A stretch of DNA of 43,345 bases from Frankiales bacterium (GCA_043740815.1 JAYUBO010000198.1:1-43345), one strand, 5' to 3'. Counted from the stretch's first letter, positions 1 to 11,148 are shown. Notes: generated by a model not told the origin, from the letters alone. Made by a program: numbers and translations.

Positions 1-177
<177 letters not shown>

Positions 178-226
178 GCGTCGCTCCGGTGTGTACCCCC
201 GGCCGGAGTCTGGGAGGATCGTCGGC

Positions 227-1393
227 ATGAGCGAGATCGAGATCGGCCGGGGCAAGCGCGGGCGTGAGGCGTACGCGTTCGACGACATCGCGATCGTGCC
301 GAGCCGGCGCACCCGCGACCCGGAGGACGTCAGCCTCGCGTGGGAGATCGATGCCTACCGCTTCGAGCTGCCCCTGATGGCGAGCCCGATGGACGGCGTC
401 GTCAGCCCCGACACCGCTGTCGCTCTGGGCAAGCTCGGTGGCCTTGGCGTCCTGGACCTCGAGGGCGTCTGGACCCGGTACGACGACCCGGAGCCGCTGC
501 TCGTCGAGATCGCGACCCTGCCTGCCGACCGGGCCGTCGACCGGATGCGCGAGATCTACGCCGAGCCGATCAAGGCCGACCTGATCAGTGCCCGCGTCAA
601 GCAGATCCGTGACTCGGGGGTGACCGTTGCGGCCTCCCTCACCCCTCAGCGGACCGTCCAGTTCGCCCAGACGGTCATCGACGCCGGGGTCGACCTGTTC
701 GTCATCCAGGGCACTGTCGTCTCGGCCGAGCACGTCTCCTCACGCTCGGAGCCGCTCAACCTCAAGCGCTTCATCGCCGAGCTCGACGTACCGGTGATCG
801 TCGGAGGATGTGCGACCTACCAGTCGGCGCTGCACCTGATGAGGACCGGTGCGGCCGGGATCCTGGTCGGTGTCGGTCCCGGGCAGGCCAACACCACCCG
901 GGCGATCCTGGGCCTCGGGGTACCCATGGCGACCTCCATCGCGGACGCGGCCGGTGCCCGTCGCGACTACCTCGACGAGTCGGGCGGGCGCTACGTGCAC
1001 GTCATCGCCGACGGCGGGATGAGCACCGGTGGCGACGTCGCCAAGGCGATCGCGATGGGCGCCGACGCGGTGATGATGGGCAGTGCCCTCGCGCGCGCGT
1101 CGGAGGCCCCGGGTCGTGGCTGGCACTGGGGACACGCCTCCCACCATCCGGTACTGCCCCGCGGCACCCGGGTCCGCACCGAGCCGGTCGGCACGCTGGC
1201 GGAGGTTCTGCTCGGCCCGGCCGGCACCGACGACGGCGCCACCAACATCTTCGGCGGGCTGCGGCGCGCGATGGCGATGACCGGCTACTCCTCGATCAAG
1301 GAGTTCCAAAAGGTCGAGGTCATGGTCGCGCCCGCGCTTCGGACCGAGGGCAAGGAGCTGCAGCGGGCCCAGGGGCTCGGCACCTTCGGCTGA
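227..1393 (+). CDS. guaB3: GuaB3-type IMP dehydrogenase-related protein (TIM barrel, no CBS pair evident)
   Basis: ORF 191..1393. ATG at 227 is preceded by GGAGGA. N-terminus MSEIEIGRGKRGREAYAFDDIAIVPSRRTRDPEDV and GGCATYQSALHLMRTGAAGILVGVG are typical of the GuaB3 family. Confidence 0.85.
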   Translation: MSEIEIGRGKRGREAYAFDDIAIVPSRRTRDPEDVSLAWEIDAYRFELPLMASPMDGVVSPDTAVALGKLGGLGVLDLEGVWTRYDDPEPLLVEIATLPADRAVDRMREIYAEPIKADLISARVKQIRDSGVTVAASLTPQRTVQFAQTVIDAGVDLFVIQGTVVSAEHVSSRSEPLNLKRFIAELDVPVIVGGCATYQSALHLMRTGAAGILVGVGPGQANTTRAILGLGVPMATSIADAAGARRDYLDESGGRYVHVIADGGMSTGGDVAKAIAMGADAVMMGSALARASEAPGRGWHWGHASHHPVLPRGTRVRTEPVGTLAEVLLGPAGTDDGATNIFGGLRRAMAMTGYSSIKEFQKVEVMVAPALRTEGKELQRAQGLGTFG

Positions 1394-1635
1394 CTGGCGG
1401 TGCGTCGTCCACGTCTGACGCGCTCTGTCGTGTACCTGACACCAACCTTCCCCTCTTGGCGAAGCTGTGACGAGATGGCGTCCGGAAGTTCTGGGGGGGC
1501 CGGACTTCTGCACGGGCGGCCCGTTGGTCGGGGGGCCACGACCGCTCATCTCGGAGGCGTCGTACCAGAGCACCGGTGCGACGCCTCCGCATTGCTTCGG
1601 GCCGAGGGTCGCGCAGATCGCCCCGCGATAGCGGG

Positions 1636-2352
1636 CTAGGACGTGCCAGCCCGGTAGATCCGCCACGGTGGCGCGTCGGTGAACCCGAGCCCGGCGTACA
1701 CGGCGTATCCCGCAGGGCTGGGGTTGAGGAAGGCCAGGTCGCAGCCGCGCCGCTGGGCTTCGTGCAGCACGGCCAGGGTCAGGGCCCGGCCCAGGCCCTG
1801 CCGCCGGGCGACGGGCACGGTCCCGACGCCGTAGACAGCGGCGACCCCGTCGACCGTCACCAGGGTCGCTGTCGCCACCGGTAGCGCACCGTCATAGCCG
1901 ACGGCTACCGCGCACGCCGCGTTGCGAAGCTTCGGTAGGACGAACGCGGTGGCCATCTCCAACGGGTCACCGAAGGACGCCGTCTGGACCGCGGCCGCGC
2001 CCTGCGCGTCGTCCCAGCGCAGCGCCACGGGCGGCGGTGGCGGCAGCTGCTCGAGAGAGCGAAGCATGACCTCCTGGTCGGTGACGTGCGGCGTACCCGG
2101 GTCGAGGTCGAGCTCGGCTGGGACGAGAACGGCCCAGGGCATGTGTCGCTCGGCAAACCACTGCTCGGCCTGGCCAAGGTGGGCCAGACCGCCGCGGTGG
2201 GTCAGATGGGCGCCGTTCCAGTGGACCGCGTCCAGGCCGGTCGTGTGGACGGCGAGCCCGCCGAGGTCGGCCCAGTCACCGGCCGGACGGGTCGCGACGT
2301 CGGCCCGCCAGACCGCGACGGTCGCGGCACGCTGCCGGGCAACGGGATTCAT
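1636..2352 (-). CDS. GNAT family N-acetyltransferase
   Basis: 238-aa ORF. The C-terminal half has an acetyl-CoA motif A-like segment ([48 protein letters not shown]). AGGAGA lies 8 nt upstream of the ATG at 2352. Confidence 0.75.
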   Translation of the reverse strand: MNPVARQRAATVAVWRADVATRPAGDWADLGGLAVHTTGLDAVHWNGAHLTHRGGLAHLGQAEQWFAERHMPWAVLVPAELDLDPGTPHVTDQEVMLRSLEQLPPPPPVALRWDDAQGAAAVQTASFGDPLEMATAFVLPKLRNAACAVAVGYDGALPVATATLVTVDGVAAVYGVGTVPVARRQGLGRALTLAVLHEAQRRGCDLAFLNPSPAGYAVYAGLGFTDAPPWRIYRAGTS

Positions 2353-2365
2353 GCGGTGAGTCTCC

Positions 2366-2371
2366 TAGACT
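2366..2371 (+). promoter_or_regulatory. Candidate -10 hexamer TAGACT for a leaderless guaA transcript
   Basis: TAGACT fits the actinobacterial TANNNT pattern and ends 7 nt before ATG 2379. There is no Shine-Dalgarno sequence in between. Only about 23-26 bp separate the divergent GNAT and guaA start codons. Confidence 0.3.
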
Positions 2372-2378
2372 CCATGTG

Positions 2379-3929
<1,551 letters not shown>

Positions 3930-4142
3930 GTCCCCAAGGCTGACCTGCGGGGTTACAGGCCAGTTTGTACGACAGTGCGCGTGAGCGGGTCAAATTCCTG
4001 ATGACGGGTTCGCCTCACTGCGACGGACCCAAGCGGCTGACCCACCATCCGGTGCGGTCGAGTAAGTGATTGGTCCCACGACCTCTGGGCGACGTCTGTC
4101 GCCTCTTGTTGCGCGAGGAGCAAGGCGCGTACCCTCGGCCAC

Positions 4143-4817
4143 GTGCAGGAGCGTCCGCGAGTCTCCCTCAATGTTGGGTCCGGGGAGGACCCCGCGCCCG
4201 ATGTCCTTGTCAGCGGAAGCGAGCGCGGGCCGCGACTCACGCCGGCCGCGCGACACCGACTGCGACTCGGCAGCGTCGTCGTCATCGTGTCGTTTGCGGC
4301 TGTCGCCGGGGGGTTGAAGGCACAGGAGCAGCGCGCCGCCGCAGCCGAGGCCCGTCGGCTGGCAAGCTTGAGGCAGGTGTCCGTCGAGGGGCCCTACGGA
4401 TTCGAGCTTGAGGCGGACCCGGCTCCCTCTCTGTCTGCCGGGCTGGACATGAAGTTCTTCCTGCGCAACACCGGCCCGCGAGATGTCACCGTGACCCGCG
4501 CCACCGCCGGAGAGTTCGTCCTGCTCGCCCCTATTCCGCTCCCGGCGCAGACAAGACGCGAACTCGTGATGCACCAGAAGGTCGACTGCACCGCTGACAC
4601 TCTTCAGCCATTCCAGCCCACGCTCAACCGCACGACCTCCGACTCGCTGAAATGGCCCGGCCTGCTGCAGGTCACCGTTGCAACGCCCCGCGACACTCAA
4701 GCGATCACCTTCGCCCGGCCGCCTTACGACAACGAACGCGTAGCCGCCATATGTGATTGGTTGCGTGGCGGCCGGCCGGAAAGGGTCGGGGGCGCCGCCA
4801 CGTGGAATCCCTCCTGA
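4143..4817 (+). CDS. Hypothetical single-pass membrane-anchored protein
   Basis: 224-aa ORF with a GTG start. It has one hydrophobic segment (LGSVVVIVSFAAVAGGL) followed by a beta-rich-looking domain. The codon pattern looks coding, but I recognise no family. Both flanks look lower in GC by eye. Confidence 0.45.
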   Translation: MQERPRVSLNVGSGEDPAPDVLVSGSERGPRLTPAARHRLRLGSVVVIVSFAAVAGGLKAQEQRAAAAEARRLASLRQVSVEGPYGFELEADPAPSLSAGLDMKFFLRNTGPRDVTVTRATAGEFVLLAPIPLPAQTRRELVMHQKVDCTADTLQPFQPTLNRTTSDSLKWPGLLQVTVATPRDTQAITFARPPYDNERVAAICDWLRGGRPERVGGAATWNPS

Positions 4818-4821
4818 CAGA

Positions 4822-5320
4822 TTTCCGCCGGGTGCGCGTGAAGCCGTGGTGCTCGAAGGCGGCCACCGGCCCGGTGTGCAGGAACGATCCCGACGCTTGT
4901 GCGGACGTCGGTCTCCTCGGAGTAGCCCTGGACCGCGCCTGCGCCCTAGCTGGCGATCTCGGCGAGCGCCCCGTCCGGCGCGGTGTGTACGACGCCGCGC
5001 TGGCGCGGCCCCTGCCCGTGTAGAAGCACGTGATGCGCCAGTCCGGGCGATAAGTGAGTTCGTTGTCTACCGTCGCCTGCTCTCGATCTCTGGCAACTCG
5101 ACGGGTGAGCCGAACTGGCACGATCCCAGGCAGTCGTCGCCGTCGAAGAGGAGGGCCGCGTGGGTACTGCCTTCTTGGACGGGCTGCTGCTTGTTCGCCC
5201 GGTTCTGCTCGGGGGTGCGCCCAGCTTCACGTGGAAGCCCAGCACCAGCGGCCGCCCCACACGCCGTTGTTGGCCTCGACCAGTAGTCCCCAGTTTCGCG
5301 CCCAAGGCGACGAAGGAGAT
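4822..5320 (-). pseudogene. Heavily decayed small GNAT-like acetyltransferase (GGCWC...WRITCF type)
   Basis: Minus-strand fragments in all three frames join into one protein-like path: NGVWGGRWCW / LGFH / TPEQNRANKQQPVQEGSTHAALLFDGDDCLGSCQFGSPVELPEI / TYRPDWRITCFYT / RQRGVVHTAPDGALAEIAS* GAGAVQGYSEETD / GSFLHTGPVAAFEHHGFTRTRR. This needs at least 5 frameshifts and one in-frame TAG. Boundaries are approximate. Confidence 0.5.
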
Positions 5321-5340
5321 GGCGAACAGACTCCCGACGA

Positions 5341-6069
5341 CTACCAGCCGCTCATCGTCATTCTCTCATTCGACCCCGGTCCGCGCGTGGCCGGGAGCAC
5401 CCGACCGACCACCTTGGCGAGGACTGTCTCGGTGCGACCGAACATCAGGTGCTTCGCGCCCTGGACGACGACGACATCGGCGTGCGGCACGGCGCGGAAG
5501 GCCGCCGTTGCCCTATCGGGGGACAGGGAGTTGTCGAACTCGGGGACGAGGACCGTAAGCGGCTTCTCGGACGCGACGCCCAGCGGCAGGTCGTCCGTAG
5601 CCGACCAGCGCAGCGTCGGGGACAGCAGGATCGCGCCCTCGACCTCCGGGACGCATCCGTACGGCGGGGCGAGGTCGGTCCCGAAAGACCAGCCGAGCAG
5701 CCAGAGACGGGTTAGGGCCTCCCGTTGCAACAGGTCGATCGCGGCGGCGACGTCGTGGCGCTCCCCCTTGACGTCGTCAAAGGTCCCTTCGCTCGTACCC
5801 CGTGGACTGGTCGTGCCACGGGTGTCGAAGCGCAGCACCGCGATCCCGGCTTGGTGCGGCAGTCGGTTGGACGCCTTCCTCAACAGGTGGCTGTCCATGA
5901 ACCCGCCGTGCGTCGGCAGCGGCTGCAGGCAGAGCAGGGCGGCCACCGGTGTGGTGTCGACAGGCTGGGCGAGCTCTCCGACGAGGACCAGGCCGTCCTC
6001 GGTGCGGAACGACACCTCGCGCCGGACCCGGCAGCACCGCGCCCTCGCGCAGCCGTCCCGTCCCCTCAC
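5341..6069 (-). CDS. Alpha/beta hydrolase
   Basis: 242-aa ORF with nucleophile elbow GWSFG and a C-terminal GAKHLMF (His) motif. It lies 39 nt downstream of the BKACE gene on the same strand. The start may be an internal GTG near 6027. Confidence 0.75.
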   Translation of the reverse strand: MRGRDGCARARCCRVRREVSFRTEDGLVLVGELAQPVDTTPVAALLCLQPLPTHGGFMDSHLLRKASNRLPHQAGIAVLRFDTRGTTSPRGTSEGTFDDVKGERHDVAAAIDLLQREALTRLWLLGWSFGTDLAPPYGCVPEVEGAILLSPTLRWSATDDLPLGVASEKPLTVLVPEFDNSLSPDRATAAFRAVPHADVVVVQGAKHLMFGRTETVLAKVVGRVLPATRGPGSNERMTMSGW

Positions 6070-6108
6070 CCAGCGAACCGGGGCCCGCGTCTGGCAGGTC
6101 CTCTCATG

Positions 6109-7059
6109 TCATCCCGAGATGTTGTAGAGGGCCCGGGCCTCCTGCTGGGTCGCGATGGGCCGACCGACCTCGCGCGCGATCTCTTGCGCCTGCAGGAGAA
6201 GCTCCAGGTTGGTGGGGTTGCGGGCCGGGTCGTAAAAAAGCTCGAGGCCGGTCTTGATGTGGCCGCCGAGCTCGATGGCGCGTCGCAGGATGGTCGTGTC
6301 ATCGAGCGCACCCTGACCCCAGATCGAGATGTACCAGGGGTGCTTGACTCGTGCCTCCTCGATCATATGCAGGTAGTAGTACAGGCTCTCCAGGCTGGGC
6401 TTCATGCCGTTCGTGCCGAGGGGCTTCAACGCCGTCAGCCCGTAGTCGCCGATAAGGTAGAAGTCCCACATCGAGCCCTGTGTCGACAGTCCGGCGTTCA
6501 CGTAGTGCAGGGCGTGGCGCAGGTGCCCCGGTTCATACACCCCGAAGACCATGCCGATGTTGCGCTCCCGGAACATCCTGACCTGGCTGGCAACGCGGGC
6601 GTAGTTGAAGCCGAACTCGGGACCAGACAGGTAGCCCTCGTCGTCGGCCTCCATCGCGAAGAGCGTCAGTCCTGTGTCCACGCAGCCGATGCGGACGTTG
6701 CCACCCTCGTAGAGGTAGGGGATGTGCTCCAGGCCGTTCTCGCAGGGGAGCAGGCGCAGGTTGTTGCAGGTGGTGGGATACCACGTGATGCGGGGGTGCT
6801 TGGCGAGAACCCGGTCCCACGTGCGCATGTAGTCCTTATACGCGTTCTCGCCCATGAGGTCGAAGCTGGTGTTGTGGGCGTGGATGGCGCCCGCGCCCGC
6901 TTCCCAGCAACGGATCGCGTCCTCGGCGATCTCGTCGTAGCTGATCGGCGTGTTCGGGTTCATCTCCTTGGTGCGGATCCCGTTGATGTGGGACTCGATG
7001 ATGACCGGGTAGTCCCAGCTCGGTGCCATGTCTGCATACCGGTCGAGCGCAGTGGCCAT
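6109..7059 (-). CDS. Beta-keto acid cleavage enzyme family protein (BKACE/DUF849, 3-keto-5-aminohexanoate cleavage enzyme-like)
   Basis: ORF 6109..7095. ATG at 7059 is preceded by GGAGA. The segments VIIESHINGIRTKEMNPNTPISYDEIAEDAIRCWEAGAGAIHAHN (HxH metal motif) and IKTGLE are typical of DUF849 TIM barrels. Confidence 0.85.
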   Translation of the reverse strand: MATALDRYADMAPSWDYPVIIESHINGIRTKEMNPNTPISYDEIAEDAIRCWEAGAGAIHAHNTSFDLMGENAYKDYMRTWDRVLAKHPRITWYPTTCNNLRLLPCENGLEHIPYLYEGGNVRIGCVDTGLTLFAMEADDEGYLSGPEFGFNYARVASQVRMFRERNIGMVFGVYEPGHLRHALHYVNAGLSTQGSMWDFYLIGDYGLTALKPLGTNGMKPSLESLYYYLHMIEEARVKHPWYISIWGQGALDDTTILRRAIELGGHIKTGLELFYDPARNPTNLELLLQAQEIAREVGRPIATQQEARALYNISG

Positions 7060-7164
7060 GGTGGTGTCTCCCTCTCGGCGACGGGCTGGGGGCACGTTAC
7101 GGGCGACGCCGCCCGGTGTCTAGTCACCTCCTGCGTAGACATGCGTCGCCTCGCCGCGAGGGTG

Positions 7165-8154
7165 TCACTCCGCGGCGAGGCGCTCCGCGGTCGCGAGGTC
7201 GGTGACCAGCGCGTTGACCCAGCCGCCGAGCAGGGAGGCGCGTATCGCTGCGTACTTCTGGGTGCCGCCGGCAACGGCGAGCACCCGGTCCGCGCGGCGT
7301 AGCTGGTCCAGCGTGACCCCGACGACGAGATCGTCGAGCTCCGAGACGACGGGGCTGCCGTCCGCCGCGATGAAGCGGAGGTTGACCTGTCCGACCGCGC
7401 CCAGCTGCCGGGCGCGGTCGAACTGCTCGTCGGTGAAGAAGTTCTCCCCGGCGGCGAGCGGATGGTCGACCTCACAGGTGCCGATCCCCACCAGGGCCAG
7501 CTGCATGTGGTCGAGCAGCTCGAGGGACGCCCGTGCATCCGGGTCGTGTGCGAGCAGGGTCTTGCGGAGCTCGGGGCTGAGCGCGACACCCGGGGTGCGC
7601 AGGAACCTGGGTTCTGCGCCGGTGAGCTTGGCCAGGTCCCGCGTGGCCTGCGCAGCCTCGTGCTGCAACGTCGTCCGTCCCACGTCGCCGAGCAGCTCGA
7701 CGACGAAGCGGACATTGGACCGCAGGCGCGGGAGCGCAGCGACAGTGGCCCGCAACGAGCGGCTCCACGACGTGAAGCCGATGATGTCCGCGTCGAACGG
7801 GTGCGCCTGCAGCCAGTGCGCGACCGATAGGCCGAGCGAGCGAACGAGGTCCTGCTCGTCCTCCTCGACCCCCGTGGCGACATCGAAGACGTGCGCCTCC
7901 AGCAGGCCGTACCGCTTCTCTAGCGCCTCCTCCACCTCGGCATGCAGGCCGTCCGGCGCCACAACGCTCGTCCGGACGACGCCGGCCGCCATGGCCATGT
8001 CGAGCAGCCGGGACACCCTGGACTGGGAGATCGCCAGACGGTCCGCGATCTCGCGCTGTCGGAGGCGTCCGTTGTGGTAGAGCCACGCGACCTTGGTCAT
8101 CATGCGCAGTTGCTGCAGGTCGTTGCGCTCGGCCACGGCCCTCTCCTGCTTCAT
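7165..8154 (-). CDS. SorC/DeoR-type sugar-binding transcriptional regulator
   Basis: ORF 7165..8349. HTH region LRMMTKVAWLYHNGRLRQREIADRLAISQSRVSRLLDMAMAAGVV is followed by a SorC-type sugar-phosphate-binding domain. The start is taken as ATG 8154 (329 aa); ATG 8208 is an alternative. Confidence 0.85.
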   Translation of the reverse strand: MKQERAVAERNDLQQLRMMTKVAWLYHNGRLRQREIADRLAISQSRVSRLLDMAMAAGVVRTSVVAPDGLHAEVEEALEKRYGLLEAHVFDVATGVEEDEQDLVRSLGLSVAHWLQAHPFDADIIGFTSWSRSLRATVAALPRLRSNVRFVVELLGDVGRTTLQHEAAQATRDLAKLTGAEPRFLRTPGVALSPELRKTLLAHDPDARASLELLDHMQLALVGIGTCEVDHPLAAGENFFTDEQFDRARQLGAVGQVNLRFIAADGSPVVSELDDLVVGVTLDQLRRADRVLAVAGGTQKYAAIRASLLGGWVNALVTDLATAERLAAE

Positions 8155-8188
8155 GGACGTGTCGGATCCAACCGGTCCCGACCTTGCC

Positions 8189-8216
8189 TTGACAGTGATG
8201 TTCGTCATGTTATTCT
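8189..8216 (+). promoter_or_regulatory. Sigma-70-like promoter TTGACA-N16-TATTCT facing the epoxide hydrolase/ABC operon
   Basis: TTGACA at 8189-8194, a 16-nt spacer, then TATTCT at 8211-8216. It sits in the visibly AT-richer divergent region between the SorC gene and the + strand operon. Confidence 0.35.
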
Positions 8217-8408
8217 TGCATCGATTTGCAGGCAGAGCATAGAAATGTTCCACCGATCGAGCAATTCTTGCCTTTTGATTCACGGTGCGAGGGCGGCCGC
8301 TCGTCGCTGGGCGGCAGGTCACCCCCTGGCAACCGGCGACGACCCGCACACCCGACAGCAGGCAACGCCGCGACGGTCCGGTCGCCGGCCACGACCCAGG
8401 AGGTCAGC

Positions 8409-9647
8409 GTGAGCACCAAGAGTCACGAGGTGTCCGAGTTCAGCATCGCCATCCCGGATGACGACCTTGCCGACCTGAAGGACCGGCTGAGCAGGACGCG
8501 CTTCCCGGACGACTTCGGCAACGACGATTGGCGCTACGGCTACAACGGGGACTACCACCGGGAGCTCGTCCGGTACTGGCTGGAGGAGTACGACTGGCGC
8601 GACGTAGAGCGGCGGATGAACGAGCTGCCGCACTTCAAGACCCAGCTCATGGGCGTCCCCCTCCACTTCCTGCACGTGCGCGGGAAGGGCCCGAATCCGG
8701 TGCCGCTGCTTCTCCACCACGGCTGGCCGTGGACGTTCTGGGACCTCCGCAAGGTCATCGGCCCGCTGACCGATCCGGCCGCCTACGGAGGGGATCCGGC
8801 TGACTCGTTCGACATCGTCCTGATCAGCCTGCCTGGGTATGGCTTCTCCTCGCCCCTGAAGGAGACCGGCTGGAACTGGTGGCGCACCGCTGACCTCGAG
8901 AACGCCCTGATGAAGGACGTCCTGGGCTACGAGAAGTACGCCGTGGCCGGCGGTGACTGGGGTGCCCTCGTGACGCAGCAGCACGGCCACAAGTACGCGC
9001 AGGACGTGCTGGGCATCTACACCCACTTTCCGGCGCAGATGAGCCACTACCTGTTCGAGCACCCCGACGCACCGCCCGGCGTCCAGTTCGATCCCGTCCT
9101 GGGGGTGCCGGCCGAGAGCGAGTACAGCGCCGACGAGAAGGGCTGGTTCGATCGCGGGAAGCTGTTCGTGCTCAACGAGAGCGGCTACGGCGAGATCCAG
9201 CTGACCAAGCCGCAGACGTTGGCCGCAGCGCTGGCGGACTCACCTGCCGGCCAGCTCGCCTGGATCACCGAGAAGCGGTATTTCTGGGGCCTCGAGGAAC
9301 GGGGGGTGGGGACGGAGGCGTTCGAGCGCGTCTGGTCCAAGGAGGACCTGATCACGACGGCCGCGGTCTACTTCCTCACCAACACCGGAGGGACCTCCTC
9401 GCGCTACTACTGGGAGTGCCGCGGGAACCCGTGGCGGCCCAGCCACGACAGGTTCCCGGTCGTAGGGGTCCCTACCGCCGTGAGCATCTACCCCGGGGAG
9501 ATCTACAAACCGCCGCGGACGTGGACCGAGAAGTACTTCAACCTGCAGCAGTACCGCGTCCACGAGGACGGAGGGCACTTTGCTCCCCTTGAGGTCCCTG
9601 AGATCTACGTCGATGACGTGGCGACGTTCTTCCGCCAGTTCCGTTGA
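8409..9647 (+). CDS. Epoxide hydrolase family protein (EHN N-terminal domain plus alpha/beta fold)
   Basis: ORF 8226..9647. GTG at 8409 is preceded by AGGAGG. The segments FSIAIPDDDLADLKDRLSRTRFPDDF...WRYGYNGDYHRELVRYW..YDWRDVERRMNELPHFKT and HHGWPWTFWD (HGWP oxyanion motif) are typical of microsomal-type epoxide hydrolases. Confidence 0.85.
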   Translation: MSTKSHEVSEFSIAIPDDDLADLKDRLSRTRFPDDFGNDDWRYGYNGDYHRELVRYWLEEYDWRDVERRMNELPHFKTQLMGVPLHFLHVRGKGPNPVPLLLHHGWPWTFWDLRKVIGPLTDPAAYGGDPADSFDIVLISLPGYGFSSPLKETGWNWWRTADLENALMKDVLGYEKYAVAGGDWGALVTQQHGHKYAQDVLGIYTHFPAQMSHYLFEHPDAPPGVQFDPVLGVPAESEYSADEKGWFDRGKLFVLNESGYGEIQLTKPQTLAAALADSPAGQLAWITEKRYFWGLEERGVGTEAFERVWSKEDLITTAAVYFLTNTGGTSSRYYWECRGNPWRPSHDRFPVVGVPTAVSIYPGEIYKPPRTWTEKYFNLQQYRVHEDGGHFAPLEVPEIYVDDVATFFRQFR

Positions 9648-9884
9648 CCTGTCACGGTCGTTGACAGACAGCTGACTCACGGCGGGTGGACGAGTGGGCT
9701 GGGCTGCATCTCGCCCTGTCGGTAAAAACCCCGTCTGTCACGGCGCGACAAAGTTGCCCCTGGGTTACGACTTCGTCACTGAGCGCTTATTGACAAGAGA
9801 CGACGCTATTGGCACTCTCTATAGAAATTCAGGAAGCAAGTATTTATGCAACCCCTTAAGCAGCCCAGCGATCTAGGAGATCAG

Positions 9885-11072
9885 ATGACCACTCGCACCC
9901 TCCGGAGCCGGCCCCCGCTGGCAGTGGCGGTTGCCGCAATAACCGTCGTGGCCTTGGCCGCCGCCGGTTGTTCGAGCGCCACCACGACCAAGGCCGGTAC
10001 CACCGTAGGGTCCGCTGCTCAGGGGGCCGACTACACGGGGGCCAACGCCAAGCCGGTCGACGTCAGCAAGCTGCAGATCATCGCCTCGGTGATCAACACA
10101 ACAAACCCGTACTTCGCGTCGAACATCGAGGGCGCCAAGGCGCTGGGCAAGAAGCTGAACATCCCGGTGCAGATCGTCGACGCTGAGGGCAGCTCGCAGA
10201 AGGAGATCTCCAAGATCCAGGCGATCCTCGCTCAGGGAGACAAGACGAATATCGTGTTCGTCAACACGGTTGCCAGCTCCGACGTGCCGCCGATCATCAG
10301 CGCGTGCAAGCAGGCCAGCGCCTTTTGCACCATCTGGTGGAACAAGCCGGACAGCTACGAGCCGTGGGACCAAGGCAACAACTTCGTCGCCTTCCAGAAG
10401 CACGGTGGCGTGGACAGCGGTCGGTGCACGGCGAAGACCCTCGCCGAGTCGATCAAGACCGGCGGCATCATCGCCCTCGGTGGCGTCCAGGACAGCACCA
10501 CCAGTCAGACCCGCGTCGCCGGCCTCAAAGACGAGCTGAAGAAGTACCCCGGCGTGAGCCTGCTCGACGTGCGCCCGGCCAACTGGGACCCCCAGATGGC
10601 GTTCCAGGAGACGCAGAACTTGATTGCCAAGTACGGCGACAAGATCAAGGGCGTCTGGGCTGCTGACGACGGCATGATCATCGGTGCCAAGGAGGCTGTG
10701 GACAAGTCCAGCCTCAAGGGCAAGGTCAAGTTCACCTCGGACGGTCTGTACCCGCCGGTCATCGACATCATGAAGAGCCCTGACAACCCGATCGTCGGTG
10801 AGACCTTCCACCGGGGCTACATGGCATCGGCCATGGGCCTCTACACCGCCTACCTCGCGGCGACCGGCCAGATGGATCCGTCCAAACTGCCGCACGAGAA
10901 GCGTGACAGCATCTTCAAGATCGCCTGTGTCACACCGGCGAACCTTTCCCTATACACCAAGTACGACACGAACATCGACGGCTGGATCGACACCCTGATC
11001 AAGAACGGCCCGTGGAACGTTGAGCCCGTCCCGCTGGTCGCTGGTGGTCCTGAGAAGTTGCCTCAGTCCTAA
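9885..11072 (+). CDS. Sugar (CUT2-type) ABC transporter substrate-binding lipoprotein
   Basis: ORF 9846..11072. ATG at 9885 follows AGGAGA. Signal peptide with lipobox LAAAGCSS. The periplasmic-binding-protein type I body resembles RbsB-like binding proteins. Confidence 0.85.
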   Translation: MTTRTLRSRPPLAVAVAAITVVALAAAGCSSATTTKAGTTVGSAAQGADYTGANAKPVDVSKLQIIASVINTTNPYFASNIEGAKALGKKLNIPVQIVDAEGSSQKEISKIQAILAQGDKTNIVFVNTVASSDVPPIISACKQASAFCTIWWNKPDSYEPWDQGNNFVAFQKHGGVDSGRCTAKTLAESIKTGGIIALGGVQDSTTSQTRVAGLKDELKKYPGVSLLDVRPANWDPQMAFQETQNLIAKYGDKIKGVWAADDGMIIGAKEAVDKSSLKGKVKFTSDGLYPPVIDIMKSPDNPIVGETFHRGYMASAMGLYTAYLAATGQMDPSKLPHEKRDSIFKIACVTPANLSLYTKYDTNIDGWIDTLIKNGPWNVEPVPLVAGGPEKLPQS

Positions 11073-11148
11073 TCCAGGGTGATTGTCCGGTCGCGCGCCC
11101 GCGTGGCGCGCGGCCGGATCATCGACCCCCACACACCCAGGCGGAGTG

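Noticed and set aside
8226-8408. N-terminal extensions offered by the ORF track for the epoxide hydrolase (8226), ABC ATPase (11880), MurF-like gene (30990), alpha/beta hydrolase (30298), YCII (23507), small membrane protein (34978), gpx (20928), binding protein (9846), permease (11083) and BKACE (7095).
   Set aside because: The extensions are not protein-like or they overlap the upstream gene. Internal starts have SD sequences or stop/start overlaps and restore the normal family N-termini.
9790-9825. TTGACA at 9790-9795 as the -35 of a promoter for the binding-protein gene.
   Set aside because: No acceptable -10 hexamer lies 16-18 nt downstream. TATAGA at 9820 is 24 nt away, and CACTCT at 17 nt is a poor match.
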